A stretch of DNA of 52,812 nucleotides, taken from positions 1-52,812 of the forward strand of contig CAYTNS010000005.1 in assembly GCA_964439345.1 (NCBI GenBank). Reading direction: 5' to 3'. This DNA comes from an uncultured Christensenella sp. Its GTDB lineage: Bacteria; Bacillota; Clostridia; Christensenellales; UBA1242. Made by a program: the position numbers and the translations under genes. This document shows positions 39,955 through 50,238 of this stretch, one piece after another. The notes below the pieces were generated by a model that was given only the letters and a program-made list of their open reading frames with translations, ran no database searches and was not told where the DNA came from. Position 1 is the stretch's first letter; each line of letters begins with the position of its first letter.

Positions 39955-41049
39955 CTACCTATCTATTGCATACAGATTTCCAGGTAATTTCTTTATAATT
40001 CCCTTTATTTCCATTCTCATAAGCATTGTTAATAATGTTTTTGTTTCCATCTTTGTCCTAGATATTATATCATCTATAGTCATCTCGTTTAGGTCTAGTA
40101 CATCATATATCATCTGCTCCTCGCAAGATAATTGAATACACTTTACATTACTACTACCCAGACTATTCTTTCCATAGAAATCGATAATGTCTTCCGAGCC
40201 TAGTAGCATTCTAGCCTGACCATTTCTAATTATCTTATTACAGCCGACACTATAGATATCATTAATCCTAGCAGGTAGAGCAAATACCTCTCTATTGTAC
40301 TCAATGGCATAATTCTTTGTATGCATACTGCCACTCTTCTCAGTAGCCTCTACTATGAATGTTGCCTTGCTAAGTCCTGCTATTATCCTATTTCTGATAG
40401 GAAAGTGATATGTAACCGATGGCTCACTAGGCTTGTACTCCGATATAATCAAGCCACCACTTTCTATTATTTTATTGTATAACCCCTCATTGCTACTAGG
40501 ATATATGTGCATAAGCCCACTACCTAGTACTGCAATAGTCTTTCCCTTAACCTCCAAAGTACTAGTATGTGCAACTGTATCTATGCCCTCAGCTAGTCCA
40601 CTAACTATAGTAATCCCTTGCGTAGCAACTTCGCTTATAATCTTTTTGCACATAGACTTGCCATAATTGGTTGCCCTTCTAGTTCCCACTACGGCTAAAC
40701 AATCACTATTTAGTAGTTCTAGATTGCCTCTGCAATAAAGCATTAATGGTGGAGTATCTATCTCCTTTAAAAGTTTGGAATAATATTTACTTTTAATGGT
40801 AACCACCTTGATATTTAATTTATCATAATTAGCTATGGTATTCTCTATCTGAACTAGATTATTATTGGATTTTAATTCTTCATATTCACTAGGAGATATT
40901 ATCTTTAGAAGTTCACTCCTAAATTTATCTAAATTATAAAACCACTCTTCCAAATCGGGAAATTTCTCTATAATAGCTTTTGCTTTTTTATAAGAGATAC
41001 TTTCAAATAAAGATAGCCACATAATTATTTTATCTTCTTTACTATACAT
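39955..41049 (-). CDS. dprA: DNA-processing protein DprA
   Basis: AVVGTR, IVSGLAEGIDTVAH, FPIRNRIIAGLS, VEA..KSGS; start probably ATG 41049 (track uses TTG 41061). Confidence 0.96.
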   Translation of the reverse strand: MYSKEDKIIMWLSLFESISYKKAKAIIEKFPDLEEWFYNLDKFRSELLKIISPSEYEELKSNNNLVQIENTIANYDKLNIKVVTIKSKYYSKLLKEIDTPPLMLYCRGNLELLNSDCLAVVGTRRATNYGKSMCKKIISEVATQGITIVSGLAEGIDTVAHTSTLEVKGKTIAVLGSGLMHIYPSSNEGLYNKIIESGGLIISEYKPSEPSVTYHFPIRNRIIAGLSKATFIVEATEKSGSMHTKNYAIEYNREVFALPARINDIYSVGCNKIIRNGQARMLLGSEDIIDFYGKNSLGSSNVKCIQLSCEEQMIYDVLDLNEMTIDDIISRTKMETKTLLTMLMRMEIKGIIKKLPGNLYAIDR

Positions 41050-41051
41050 AT

Positions 41052-42584
41052 CTATCCCCAATATTTACTATCCAAAGACCTATAAGATATGGCCTCTATG
41101 ATATGCTCGTCTTTTATATCTTCCGAACCATCTAGGTCGGCAATAGTTCTAGCAACCTTTAATATTCTGCTATATGCTCTAGCACTTAGATTAAGTTTAT
41201 CAAATGCCACCTTTAGCATAACCTCACTCTCGGGAGAAACCTTGCAATACCTTTTTAATAGATGATCATTCATCTTTGCATTGGAATGAATACCGGTATC
41301 TTTGTATCTAGCAGTCTGTATTTCTCTAGCTTTATCTACTCTAGCCTTGATACTCTCACTAGGCTCTTCCAGTTCATCACTCCTAAGTTCCTCGTAAGTA
41401 ACACTATCTACCTCAATATGTATATCTATCCTATCCATCAAAGGACCAGATAATTTATTTAGATACTTCTTTATAGCATTAGGTGTACACTTACACTCTT
41501 TATCCCTTGAGCCATAATTACCACAAGGGCATGGATTCATACTAGCAATTAATGTAAAATTAGCTGGGTACTCCACAGCATTTTCCACTCTAGTAATGGT
41601 AATAACACCATCTTCTAGTGGTTGCCTTAGGGTCTCCAAACTATTCCTACTATATTCAGGCATCTCATCTAGGAAAAGTACTCCGGTATGTGCTAGGCTT
41701 ATTTCGCCCGGTCTAGCCATTCTGCCACCACCAGTTAAAGATAAAGTAGTCGCAGTATGATGAGGCGATCTAATAGGTCTAGTGGTTACAATGCCCTCCT
41801 TGCTATCTAGCACTCCTGCTATGCTATGGATTTTGGTTACCTCTAGAGCCTCTTCAAATGTTAAATCGGGCAAAATACTAGGGAAACACTTTGCAAGCAT
41901 AGTTTTACCACTACCAGGGGGACCTATCATAATGACATTATGTCCTCCCGCTGCCGCTATCTCAAGTGCCCTTTTGGCTTGAGCCTGACCTCTAACATAC
42001 TTAAAATCGAGGCTATTTTTCTTATTTCGTTTTATCTTATCAAAATCGGAATATGGCACTGGTTCTAGTGAAGCTTCACCATTTAAAAACTGTACAGCGT
42101 CCTTTAAACACGCAACCCCATATATTTCCATTCCCTCTATGAAACTAGCCTCGTTACAATTTTCTATAGGCATAATAACCTTAGTGTAACCCTGTTGTCT
42201 AGCAGAGATTAGGATAGGAAGCACACCATTAACCTTTCTAACTTCGCCATTTAAGCCTAGTTCCCCTAGGACTATAAACTTATTAAGCCTATCTAGTTTC
42301 ACCTGCTCCATAGCCGAAAGAATGCCTAGAGCGATGGTTAAATCATACACGGGTCCATCTTTCTTTGTATCGGCAGGAGCTAGATTAATAGTAATTTTTT
42401 CTATAGGGTACTTATATCCACTATTTTTGATAGCCGATTTTACCCTTTCTTTACTTTCCTTGGTAGCCGTTCCTACCAAACCTACTATATCGTAACCCGG
42501 TAAGCCCCTATTGATATCCACTTCACATTTGATTAAATAACCATCTATGCCATTTAATCCATAACTCTTTACAGTTGCTAACAT
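41052..42584 (-). CDS. comM: YifB/ComM Mg-chelatase-like AAA+ ATPase
   Basis: NLAPAD, GELGLNG, GPPGSGKTMLA, RSPHH, PGEISLAH.GVLFLDE, NPCPCG, LSARAY. Confidence 0.94.
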   Translation of the reverse strand: MLATVKSYGLNGIDGYLIKCEVDINRGLPGYDIVGLVGTATKESKERVKSAIKNSGYKYPIEKITINLAPADTKKDGPVYDLTIALGILSAMEQVKLDRLNKFIVLGELGLNGEVRKVNGVLPILISARQQGYTKVIMPIENCNEASFIEGMEIYGVACLKDAVQFLNGEASLEPVPYSDFDKIKRNKKNSLDFKYVRGQAQAKRALEIAAAGGHNVIMIGPPGSGKTMLAKCFPSILPDLTFEEALEVTKIHSIAGVLDSKEGIVTTRPIRSPHHTATTLSLTGGGRMARPGEISLAHTGVLFLDEMPEYSRNSLETLRQPLEDGVITITRVENAVEYPANFTLIASMNPCPCGNYGSRDKECKCTPNAIKKYLNKLSGPLMDRIDIHIEVDSVTYEELRSDELEEPSESIKARVDKAREIQTARYKDTGIHSNAKMNDHLLKRYCKVSPESEVMLKVAFDKLNLSARAYSRILKVARTIADLDGSEDIKDEHIIEAISYRSLDSKYWG

Positions 42585-42742
42585 ATTTATCCTTTGACAA
42601 TTATACTATACCTTTCATTATAGCGACTAAAAAAATTTAAGACAACTAAATTAATGGAAAACTTTGTGTTATTTTGTATTATAATATTATATCTATATAA
42701 TTAATTATATTACCAAATAGGCGACTATGTTATGAATAAATA

Positions 42743-42786
42743 AAAAAGATATATGTAGGTCTCCCTAGCATATATCTTATTTTTTT
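42743..42786 (-). terminator. Intrinsic terminator after thrS
   Basis: AAGATATATG...CATATATCTTTTTT. Confidence 0.65.
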
Positions 42787-44524
42787 AATTCAAGGCTCTT
42801 GACTTGATTTCTTTTAGAATATTTGAGATAAAGTCGTCTAGTTTAACTGCGCCAGTATCGCCAACACTTCTCTTTCTAACAGAAACTGTGCCGTCTGCCA
42901 TTTCGTTATCGCCAACGATTAGAGAATATGGAACTTTCTCAAGCTGTGCTTCTCTTATCTTTTTGCCTATTTTCTCATTTCTGCCATCTACTTCGGCTCT
43001 GATTCCATAGTTATTTAGTGCTTCACATACGCTATTTGCATAGTCTAGATGTGCATCTGCTATATTTAATACTTTAACTTGTACTGGAGATAACCAAGTT
43101 GGGAATGCTCCTGCAAAGTTCTCGATAAGTATAGACATCATTCTCTCAATTGAACCATAGATAACACGGTGAATCATAATAGGCTCTTTCTCCTCGCCGT
43201 GCTCGTCAATATATGTGAGATTAAATCTCTTAGGCAATTGCATATCCAATTGGATAGTTCCACACTGCCACTCTCTGCCAATGCAATCCTTTACATGGAT
43301 ATCTATCTTAGGACCATAGAATGCACCATCTCCGGCATTAACTTTGTACTCTAATCCCATATGTTTAAGGGCATTTGCTAGAGCTGTTTCTGCCTGTTCC
43401 CACTCGGCAAGTTCGCCAATGTGGCTCTCTGGCATAGTAGACAATTCTACTGTATATGTTAGACCAAATGTAGAATAAACCTCGTCTACCAATTTCATTA
43501 CATTCTTTACTTCGTCTTCTATTTGAGTAGGAAGCATAAAGATATGTGCATCATCTTGAGTAAAGCATCTAACTCTAAGCAGACCACTTAGTGTACCACT
43601 AGCCTCGTGACGATGAACTTTGCCTAGTTCTCCCACTCTTAATGGGAATTCCTTGTAGGAATGTAAATTTTGCATATAGTATAACATTCCACCTGGGCAG
43701 TTCATAGGCTTGATAGCGAATGTATCGTCCTCACATTTAAAGGTGTACATATTATCCTTGTAGTGATCCCAGTGACCAGAAGTCTCCCAAAGTTTTCTAT
43801 TCATAGCCATAGGAGTCTCTATCTCTATATAACCAGCCTTTCTATGAATCTCTCTCCAGTAATCTATTAATTGATTTTTTAGAGTTAATCCCTTAGGCAT
43901 ATAAGTAGGCATTCCCTTGCTGTAATCGCTAATAAAGAATAATTGTAATTCTTTGCCTAATTTCCTGTGGTCTCTCTTTAGAGCCTCTTCCATTTGGTGA
44001 ATATATGCCTTTAAATCGGCTTTATCTAAGAAACCATATACATATACTCTTTGTAACATTTTGTTCTTTTCAGAGCCCTTCCAGTAAGCACCACTTACTC
44101 TATGGATTTTGTATGCAAAACCTCTTAGGAATTTACTATTTTCTACATGAGGGCCTCTGCATAGGTCTACGAAATCTTCGCCAGTATAGTAGATAGATAT
44201 AGTCTCACCCTCTGGCAAGTCATTGATAAGTTCAGTCTTGTATGGCTCATCTTTAAACATCTTTAAAGCCTCTTCTCTACTAACCTCTTCCCTTCTGAAA
44301 TCTTCGTTTCTCTCGATAATCTCTTTCATTTTTGCCTCAATATCTGCAAAGTCACTATCGGATAGAGACCTATCGATATCAAAGTCATAGTAGAAGCCAT
44401 TGTCAATTGCTGGACCTATAGCTAGTTTAACATTATCCTTGCCATATAGTTCCTTGATAGCTTTAGCAAGGATATGACTCATACTATGTCTGTACATTAA
44501 TTGTTTTTCTTCTTTCTCGCTCAT
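42785..44524 (-). CDS. thrS: Threonine--tRNA ligase
   Basis: RHSMSH, DLCRGPH, RDHRKLG, KPMNCP, HRHE.SG, GAFYGPKID, MIHRVIYGSIER. Confidence 0.98.
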   Translation of the reverse strand: MSEKEEKQLMYRHSMSHILAKAIKELYGKDNVKLAIGPAIDNGFYYDFDIDRSLSDSDFADIEAKMKEIIERNEDFRREEVSREEALKMFKDEPYKTELINDLPEGETISIYYTGEDFVDLCRGPHVENSKFLRGFAYKIHRVSGAYWKGSEKNKMLQRVYVYGFLDKADLKAYIHQMEEALKRDHRKLGKELQLFFISDYSKGMPTYMPKGLTLKNQLIDYWREIHRKAGYIEIETPMAMNRKLWETSGHWDHYKDNMYTFKCEDDTFAIKPMNCPGGMLYYMQNLHSYKEFPLRVGELGKVHRHEASGTLSGLLRVRCFTQDDAHIFMLPTQIEDEVKNVMKLVDEVYSTFGLTYTVELSTMPESHIGELAEWEQAETALANALKHMGLEYKVNAGDGAFYGPKIDIHVKDCIGREWQCGTIQLDMQLPKRFNLTYIDEHGEEKEPIMIHRVIYGSIERMMSILIENFAGAFPTWLSPVQVKVLNIADAHLDYANSVCEALNNYGIRAEVDGRNEKIGKKIREAQLEKVPYSLIVGDNEMADGTVSVRKRSVGDTGAVKLDDFISNILKEIKSRALN

Positions 44525-44540
44525 AATTTTCTCCTTTACA

Positions 44541-44815
44541 AAATAAAAATCCTTTATGACTGTACATAAAGGATTAAAATATAATTATCGTCCAATATGC
44601 ACATAAAATACATAAGGACGAGTTTTACCCGTGGTTCCACCTTATTTGGCTTAAAATAAATTAAGTCCACTCTAAGTTTCCTAATATCAGCTAGGAAAAC
44701 TGACACTCAAAAAGTGGTTTCATACTCTAGATATTTATGGGATTCTCAGCACCACCCATTCTCTGTACAAATACTGCCTAAAGATTACTTGTCTTTTATC
44801 ATCGTGTATTTAATT
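44541..44815 (-). ncRNA. T-box riboswitch leader (Thr)
   Basis: AGAGA and GCTGAG stem I motifs, specifier GAAACC (ACC = Thr, 44716-44718), T-box AATAAGGTGGAACCACGG, downstream terminator hairpins. Confidence 0.92.
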
Positions 44816-44842
44816 GAGCGTAATTCCAAAAATTACTCCTTT

Positions 44843-44872
44843 ATTTTAAGATATCTAATAGCCATTTGTCAA
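44843..44872 (-). promoter_or_regulatory. Sigma-A promoter of T-box/thrS
   Basis: TTGACA-18 nt-TAAAAT. Confidence 0.65.
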
Positions 44873-44889
44873 GTAGATAATAAAAATTT

Positions 44890-45609
44890 TTACAAAACAA
44901 GACTCACTCTATCTCTAAAAATATAATCAATCATATTATAAATATTCTTACTAAAAAGATTACCCTTAGGAATAACTATTTTTCTAGGAGAATACATTAT
45001 AAGATTTACTATAATATCTATTTCATCTTTTAGTGAAAGTGCCTTAATATTATTTTGATTTACATCTAATAATACTATTTTGTTACTATCCTTATTTAGA
45101 TAAATGATATCATATTTAGGTTCAGTGACATCGGCTAGGAACTTAAGAAAATCTAGATAAATGCTCTCTCTTTTACTGCCATTTATAGATAAATTAAGTT
45201 CTCGGGTAATAGACTGCCAAATATCTAAAAGGTGATGTAATTTAAACCTAAAAAACGACCTAACATCGTTGGTTTTTGCTAGTTTTGCATAATATTTCGC
45301 AATCCTTATCTCTTTAGGTAAATCTATATAAATAATGCTAGTTAAAATAAAGTCATCAAGCGCACCTTTTTTACCAATAAAATCAAGATTATTTATCATA
45401 AAATCTCTTTTATTTATCTTGATAATCGCTTCATAAATTAAGTCTTCTATATCACCAGATATATCCGAGTGAGAGGCAATACTTATGTATAATTTTTCAC
45501 CCACACTTACCGATATATATGTATTTAATTTTAATTTCAATATACTATCTTTTAATTGGGAAAAGTAGGCATAATCCTCCATCTTCCCTATTAAAGTAAT
45601 TTCCCACAT
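44890..45609 (-). CDS. ytxC: YtxC-like (putative sporulation) protein
   Basis: FFRFKL, Y..F..FL, LI..SPRKIVI and YIF.DRV motifs; upstream of thrS as in B. subtilis. Confidence 0.7.
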   Translation of the reverse strand: MWEITLIGKMEDYAYFSQLKDSILKLKLNTYISVSVGEKLYISIASHSDISGDIEDLIYEAIIKINKRDFMINNLDFIGKKGALDDFILTSIIYIDLPKEIRIAKYYAKLAKTNDVRSFFRFKLHHLLDIWQSITRELNLSINGSKRESIYLDFLKFLADVTEPKYDIIYLNKDSNKIVLLDVNQNNIKALSLKDEIDIIVNLIMYSPRKIVIPKGNLFSKNIYNMIDYIFRDRVSLVL

Positions 45610-45662
45610 AACAAAAAGCCCCTCACATTTATTATATGCAAGGGACTTAAAAATATTTTGTT

Positions 45663-45989
45663 TTATCTATATTTATTTCCGGTAACAACAATATTTGCAC
45701 CTGTATTACAAATATTTTTAATAACGATATCTCCTTGTTTAGCCTCTTTTAGGTGAAGCTTAGATATCTCCTCCAAAACATTAAATACCTTAACCTTAGG
45801 TACTTCCTTATCGGTCTTTACAGGCACAACCGAGTCACCCACTTTTACTAGAGCTGTTACCGTTCTCATAGGACAGGTCTGTTCCTCTTTTGCATAGGCT
45901 AGACCCCTTGGGCAGGAATTACCTGTAACTTTGTCGCCATCTACTGTTATTTCACAACCTCTAGGGCACTTAATACAAATTAATTTCAT
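45663..45989 (-). CDS. DUF1667 CxxC protein (small subunit of G3P oxidoreductase module)
   Basis: CIKCPRGC, GNSCPRG, P.RTVT, PVKT. Confidence 0.88.
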   Translation of the reverse strand: MKLICIKCPRGCEITVDGDKVTGNSCPRGLAYAKEEQTCPMRTVTALVKVGDSVVPVKTDKEVPKVKVFNVLEEISKLHLKEAKQGDIVIKNICNTGANIVVTGNKYR

Positions 45990-47209
45990 ACTCTCTCCTT
46001 AATGGATAAAGTGATATCACCCTTTACGCCACTTTTATTTACTACAATGCTTGTCATTTCGCCTGGGTTAAGAGCAATAGCTGGTTTAGATTTTATCTCT
46101 ACTCCCTCTGCCTCTGCTACTATATTTACATCTTTATATTTCTTACTAGCACGGAAGAATATCTCTACTTCGCCATCTCCCTCGTAGTATGAACTAGGCA
46201 CAGTGTATCTTACTCCATCACCACATGATATTAGATGTTCTTTTCCTCTAGATAATTTACCCATAGCATATAATCCAGCATTTCTACCTGCTGTAATACT
46301 CTCAGCAGTAACATTATCTACTAGGTCGTGTACTTGCAATACATTGCCACACGCAAATACACCCTCTCTACACTCTCTATATTCATTTACCTTAAATCCA
46401 TTAGTGACAGGATTAATATTAGGATTGCTAACGATATCAAATTCTGGTGCTAAGCCTACAGATAATACTACGAGGTCACAATCAATATATTTTTCAGTTT
46501 TCTTTATAACATTGAATTTTTCATCAACCCTAGCATACTTTATGCCCTCTACTCTGTCTTTGCCTATAACTTCGGTAATAGTAGTATTGTAATAGATAGG
46601 AATATTATAATCCTCTAGGCATTGTCTAATATTACGAGGAAGTCCACTAGACGATGGCATTATCTCTAGTACCATATCTACTTTAGCGCCCTCAAATGTT
46701 AGTCTCCTTGCCATTATAAGCCCTATATCTCCACTACCTAATATGACTACCTTTTTACCTGGTAACTTACCATAAAAATTAACTAACTTTTGTACCTGTC
46801 CAGCCGTCATAATTCCTGTAGGTCTAGTGCCATTTAATTTAATACTACCAGCCGTTTTTTCTCTACAGCCCATAGCAAGGACTATTGCCTTTGGCTCTAA
46901 AGTTTGTGCACCCTTATCATTTACTAAGGTTACTTTCTTGCCATCTACGCTAGTAACAAATGTATTTAACATCACATCTACATTTGTATCTTTTAAAAGT
47001 TTTTCAAATCTACTAGCATACTCAGGACCAGTAAGCTCCTCTTTGAAATAATGCAAACCAAAGCCATTATGAATACACTGATTAAGTATTCCACCTAGCC
47101 TACAATCCCTCTCTACTAGCAGTGTCTTTGCACCCGTCTTGCTACACTCAATAGCCGAGCCCATTCCTGCAGGTCCACCACCTATTACAATAACATCATA
47201 ATCTTTCAT
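45986..47209 (-). CDS. NAD(P)/FAD-dependent pyridine nucleotide-disulfide oxidoreductase
   Basis: GGGPAG, LGGILNQCIHNGFG, LTGPEY, GSGDIGLIMARR, CGNVLQVHDLVD. Confidence 0.9.
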   Translation of the reverse strand: MKDYDVIVIGGGPAGMGSAIECSKTGAKTLLVERDCRLGGILNQCIHNGFGLHYFKEELTGPEYASRFEKLLKDTNVDVMLNTFVTSVDGKKVTLVNDKGAQTLEPKAIVLAMGCREKTAGSIKLNGTRPTGIMTAGQVQKLVNFYGKLPGKKVVILGSGDIGLIMARRLTFEGAKVDMVLEIMPSSSGLPRNIRQCLEDYNIPIYYNTTITEVIGKDRVEGIKYARVDEKFNVIKKTEKYIDCDLVVLSVGLAPEFDIVSNPNINPVTNGFKVNEYRECREGVFACGNVLQVHDLVDNVTAESITAGRNAGLYAMGKLSRGKEHLISCGDGVRYTVPSSYYEGDGEVEIFFRASKKYKDVNIVAEAEGVEIKSKPAIALNPGEMTSIVVNKSGVKGDITLSIKERV

Positions 47210-48615
47210 TACTCAATATCTCCGATTATTATTCTACTGTCTTTATTTTCCTTTGTAACTTCATCTATGCTTATTCCTCTTTCTCTAGCAATAAGTTCCA
47301 TAACTCTAGAGAAACAGAAGCCTCCTTGACACCTGCCCATTCCGGCTCTAGTACGCCTCTTTACAGCATCTACCGACATAGGCTTAAGTGGTGAATTAAT
47401 AGCCTCTACTATCTCTGCCTCACTTACTAGTTCACATCTACATACTATTCTGCCATAAGCACTATTCTTTTTAATAAGTGCATTTAGTTCTTTAGTTGAT
47501 AAGCCCTTGATATGGTTCTTTTTAGGTAATCTTTTTATATCCTTTTTCTCTTCTCCAGCAAAGCCTAATAAAGTTGACACCATCTCTGCTATAGCAGGTC
47601 CTGCCGAAAGCCCTGGGGAACATATACCTGTGACACAGATAATATCTGCATTATTTTTATCTTTTTCTATTACAAAATCATCACCAACTATCGTTCTAAC
47701 ACCCGAGAATACTCTTATATTCTTTTTTAGATTAACATTGGTTAACATCGATAGAGCATTATTTGCTATCTCAGCCAGTCCCTCTTTAGTAGTAACTGTA
47801 TCGTAACTATCCGATGGAATGGAAGTAGGTCCAACGATATAATTATTAGAAACGGTTGGTGTTATTAATACCCCCTTTGTGTGCTCAGTTGGCAATGGGA
47901 ATATAGTATAGCCACTCGTATCCATAGCACCTACATCTAGTAAATAATATTCACCTCTACGATACTCTATTGGATACTCCTGTGCTCCAAATACTTTAGC
48001 AATATTATTATGCTCTGCACCGACTGCTAGTACAATTTTCTTGGCTTCGATTTCCTGAGTGCCATCGGAGATTATATAACCATTATCGCCCTTTTTAAAT
48101 GACTTAGTATCGAAATTGAATAGCGCACTTGCACCATTGATTACAGCCTCTTCGGCAAGTGCAATAGCCATCTTGTATGGAGATACTATAGCAGAAGTAG
48201 ATGCAAACAATCCACAAGTAATATTATCCGTAATAGTTGGTAATTTTGCTAGAAGTGCCTCTCTATCTAAAATTTCTAGCCCTTGTATGCCATTGGCGAT
48301 GCCCCTATCATATAAGGCTTTTATTTTAGCCATATCGTTACCTATTACAATTGCACCATTTTGCTTATATGGTACACCCAATTCCTCACATAGTTTTGGG
48401 AAAAGCTCTGAGCCTCTTTTATTGAGCATTGCTTTTAGTGAACCGGTCTTTGCATCGAATCCGGCGTGAACAATACCACTATTAGCTTTAGTTGTGCCAA
48501 CAGATACATCACTGCCTTTTTCTAGTAAAATTGCCTTTACCCCTAGCCTAGTTAGTTTATTGAGTACGCTAGTGCCTACTATTCCTCCACCTAATATTGC
48601 AACATCATAAATCAT
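47209..48615 (-). CDS. FAD-dependent glycerol-3-phosphate dehydrogenase-like oxidoreductase with C-terminal BFD-type [2Fe-2S] domain
   Basis: GGGIVG, TTKANSGIVHAG, KGVLITPT, SPGL, IVCRCE...RAGMGRCQGGFC; divergent from glpK. Confidence 0.88.
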   Translation of the reverse strand: MIYDVAILGGGIVGTSVLNKLTRLGVKAILLEKGSDVSVGTTKANSGIVHAGFDAKTGSLKAMLNKRGSELFPKLCEELGVPYKQNGAIVIGNDMAKIKALYDRGIANGIQGLEILDREALLAKLPTITDNITCGLFASTSAIVSPYKMAIALAEEAVINGASALFNFDTKSFKKGDNGYIISDGTQEIEAKKIVLAVGAEHNNIAKVFGAQEYPIEYRRGEYYLLDVGAMDTSGYTIFPLPTEHTKGVLITPTVSNNYIVGPTSIPSDSYDTVTTKEGLAEIANNALSMLTNVNLKKNIRVFSGVRTIVGDDFVIEKDKNNADIICVTGICSPGLSAGPAIAEMVSTLLGFAGEEKKDIKRLPKKNHIKGLSTKELNALIKKNSAYGRIVCRCELVSEAEIVEAINSPLKPMSVDAVKRRTRAGMGRCQGGFCFSRVMELIARERGISIDEVTKENKDSRIIIGDIE

Positions 48616-48660
48616 AAGCCACCTCTTATAGCAAAAAATTTAGGTCTTTATATTACTATA

Positions 48661-48689
48661 ATCGTACAAAAATAATTATTTTATGTCAA
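48661..48689 (-). promoter_or_regulatory. Sigma-A promoter of the oxidoreductase operon
   Basis: TTGACA-17 nt-TACGAT. Confidence 0.65.
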
Positions 48690-48765
48690 TCATAAAAATG
48701 TAATTGATTAATTTTAAGAGGTTTGATATATTAAAAATATAAATAAATTTTCAAAGGGGTATTCT

Positions 48766-50238
48766 ATGAAAAGATACATTATTGGCTTAGATGAGGGTAC
48801 AACCTCGGCTAGAACTGTTATATACGATACAGTAGAAAATAAGATTATTACTGCCATTAATGAAAAGTTTAAGCAGTATTTCCCAAAGGCTGGTTGGGTA
48901 GAACACGATGCAAATGAAATATGGGAAGTTCAAGAGAAAACAATGCTTTCGGCTATAAAGACTACCAAAATTAAGCACGATGAAATAATAGGCATAGGTA
49001 TTACGAATCAGAGGGAAAGCGTAGTTGCTTGGGATAGAAATACGGGAGAACCTATATGTCCGTCCATTGTATGGCAATGCAGAAGAACGGCAAAGTATTG
49101 CGATAGCATTAGTAAAAAAATGAGAAAATACATAAAGGAAACCACTGGACTAATTGTAGATGCTTATTTCTCGGCTACTAAAATAAAATGGATACTAGAT
49201 AATATCCCCAAAGCTAAAAAGTTACTTAGTCAAAATAGACTATGTGTAGGCACTATGGATACCTTCCTTACATTTAAACTAACCAAAGGCGAAAAATTCA
49301 TAACCGATACATCTAATGCTAGTAGAACAATGCTATTTAATATCAAAACCCTTGCTTGGGATAAAAAATTGCTAGACTTCTTTGGCATACCGGAGAGCAT
49401 ACTCCCTACTGTTGTATCAAATGGCGAGATACTAGGCACTGCATATACTAAATATGGCGAAATCCCTATTGGAGCAATCCTTGGCGACCAGCAATCATCA
49501 TTATTTGGACTAGGGTGTGTAGAAAAAGGACTAGCCAAAGCCACTTATGGAACGGGTTGCTTTATACTATCCAATACAGGAGATAAATTAGTTCATAATG
49601 ATAAGCTGTTATCTACAGTAGCGTGGACAATTGGTGGCAAAACCACTTATGCACTAGAGGGAAGTATATTCAATGCTGGAACCATTATCAATTGGCTAAT
49701 AGACGATGTAAGGATACTAACTAGCAATCAGGAATCAAGTGATATATGTAAAAAGATAGGCACTACCGAGGGTGTATACTTTGTACCAGCATTCACAGGA
49801 ATGGGTGCACCATACTGGAATCAATACTGCTATGGCAATATCTCGGGAATAACTAGAGCAACAAAGAGGGAACATATTATTAGAGCCGGACTAGAAAGTA
49901 TGGCATATAATACCTACGACATCATAGACCAAATGAATTCGTCCATATCCAAGGTTAAAGAACTAAGGGTAGATGGAGGAGTATCTAGAAACGACTTTTT
50001 GATGCAATTCCAAGCAGATATCTTAAATAAAAAAGTAATCAAGACCGATACCAGCGAAGGCACAGTACTAGGCGCTATATATATGACGGGCTTATCCCTA
50101 GGTCACTACAAAGACCTACAAGAAATACAAAGTAAATTTGTAGTACACAAAACTTATGAAAACACTATGAAAAAAGCAGATAGACTAAATTTACTAGCTG
50201 GTTGGCACAAGGCTGTAAATAAGGTCATAGGAGAATAA
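48766..50238 (+). CDS. glpK: Glycerol kinase
   Basis: LDEGTTSAR, GITNQRE, IVWQCRRT, YFSATK, TDTSNASRT, GDQQ, KATYGTG, VDGG. Confidence 0.96.
   Translation: MKRYIIGLDEGTTSARTVIYDTVENKIITAINEKFKQYFPKAGWVEHDANEIWEVQEKTMLSAIKTTKIKHDEIIGIGITNQRESVVAWDRNTGEPICPSIVWQCRRTAKYCDSISKKMRKYIKETTGLIVDAYFSATKIKWILDNIPKAKKLLSQNRLCVGTMDTFLTFKLTKGEKFITDTSNASRTMLFNIKTLAWDKKLLDFFGIPESILPTVVSNGEILGTAYTKYGEIPIGAILGDQQSSLFGLGCVEKGLAKATYGTGCFILSNTGDKLVHNDKLLSTVAWTIGGKTTYALEGSIFNAGTIINWLIDDVRILTSNQESSDICKKIGTTEGVYFVPAFTGMGAPYWNQYCYGNISGITRATKREHIIRAGLESMAYNTYDIIDQMNSSISKVKELRVDGGVSRNDFLMQFQADILNKKVIKTDTSEGTVLGAIYMTGLSLGHYKDLQEIQSKFVVHKTYENTMKKADRLNLLAGWHKAVNKVIGE

Noticed and set aside
39955-42584. comM-dprA pair as a novel system
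   Set aside because: This is a common conserved arrangement upstream of topA
228-48469. Many short plus-strand ORFs in the track (e.g. 798-1163, 27476-28574, 44714-44926)
   Set aside because: They are antisense shadows of well-supported minus-strand genes or of the T-box, with no RBS or recognisable motifs
48616-48765. Strand switch as a replication origin or terminus
   Set aside because: It is an ordinary divergent promoter region; no DnaA-box cluster or dif site seen, and the base skew does not appear to flip
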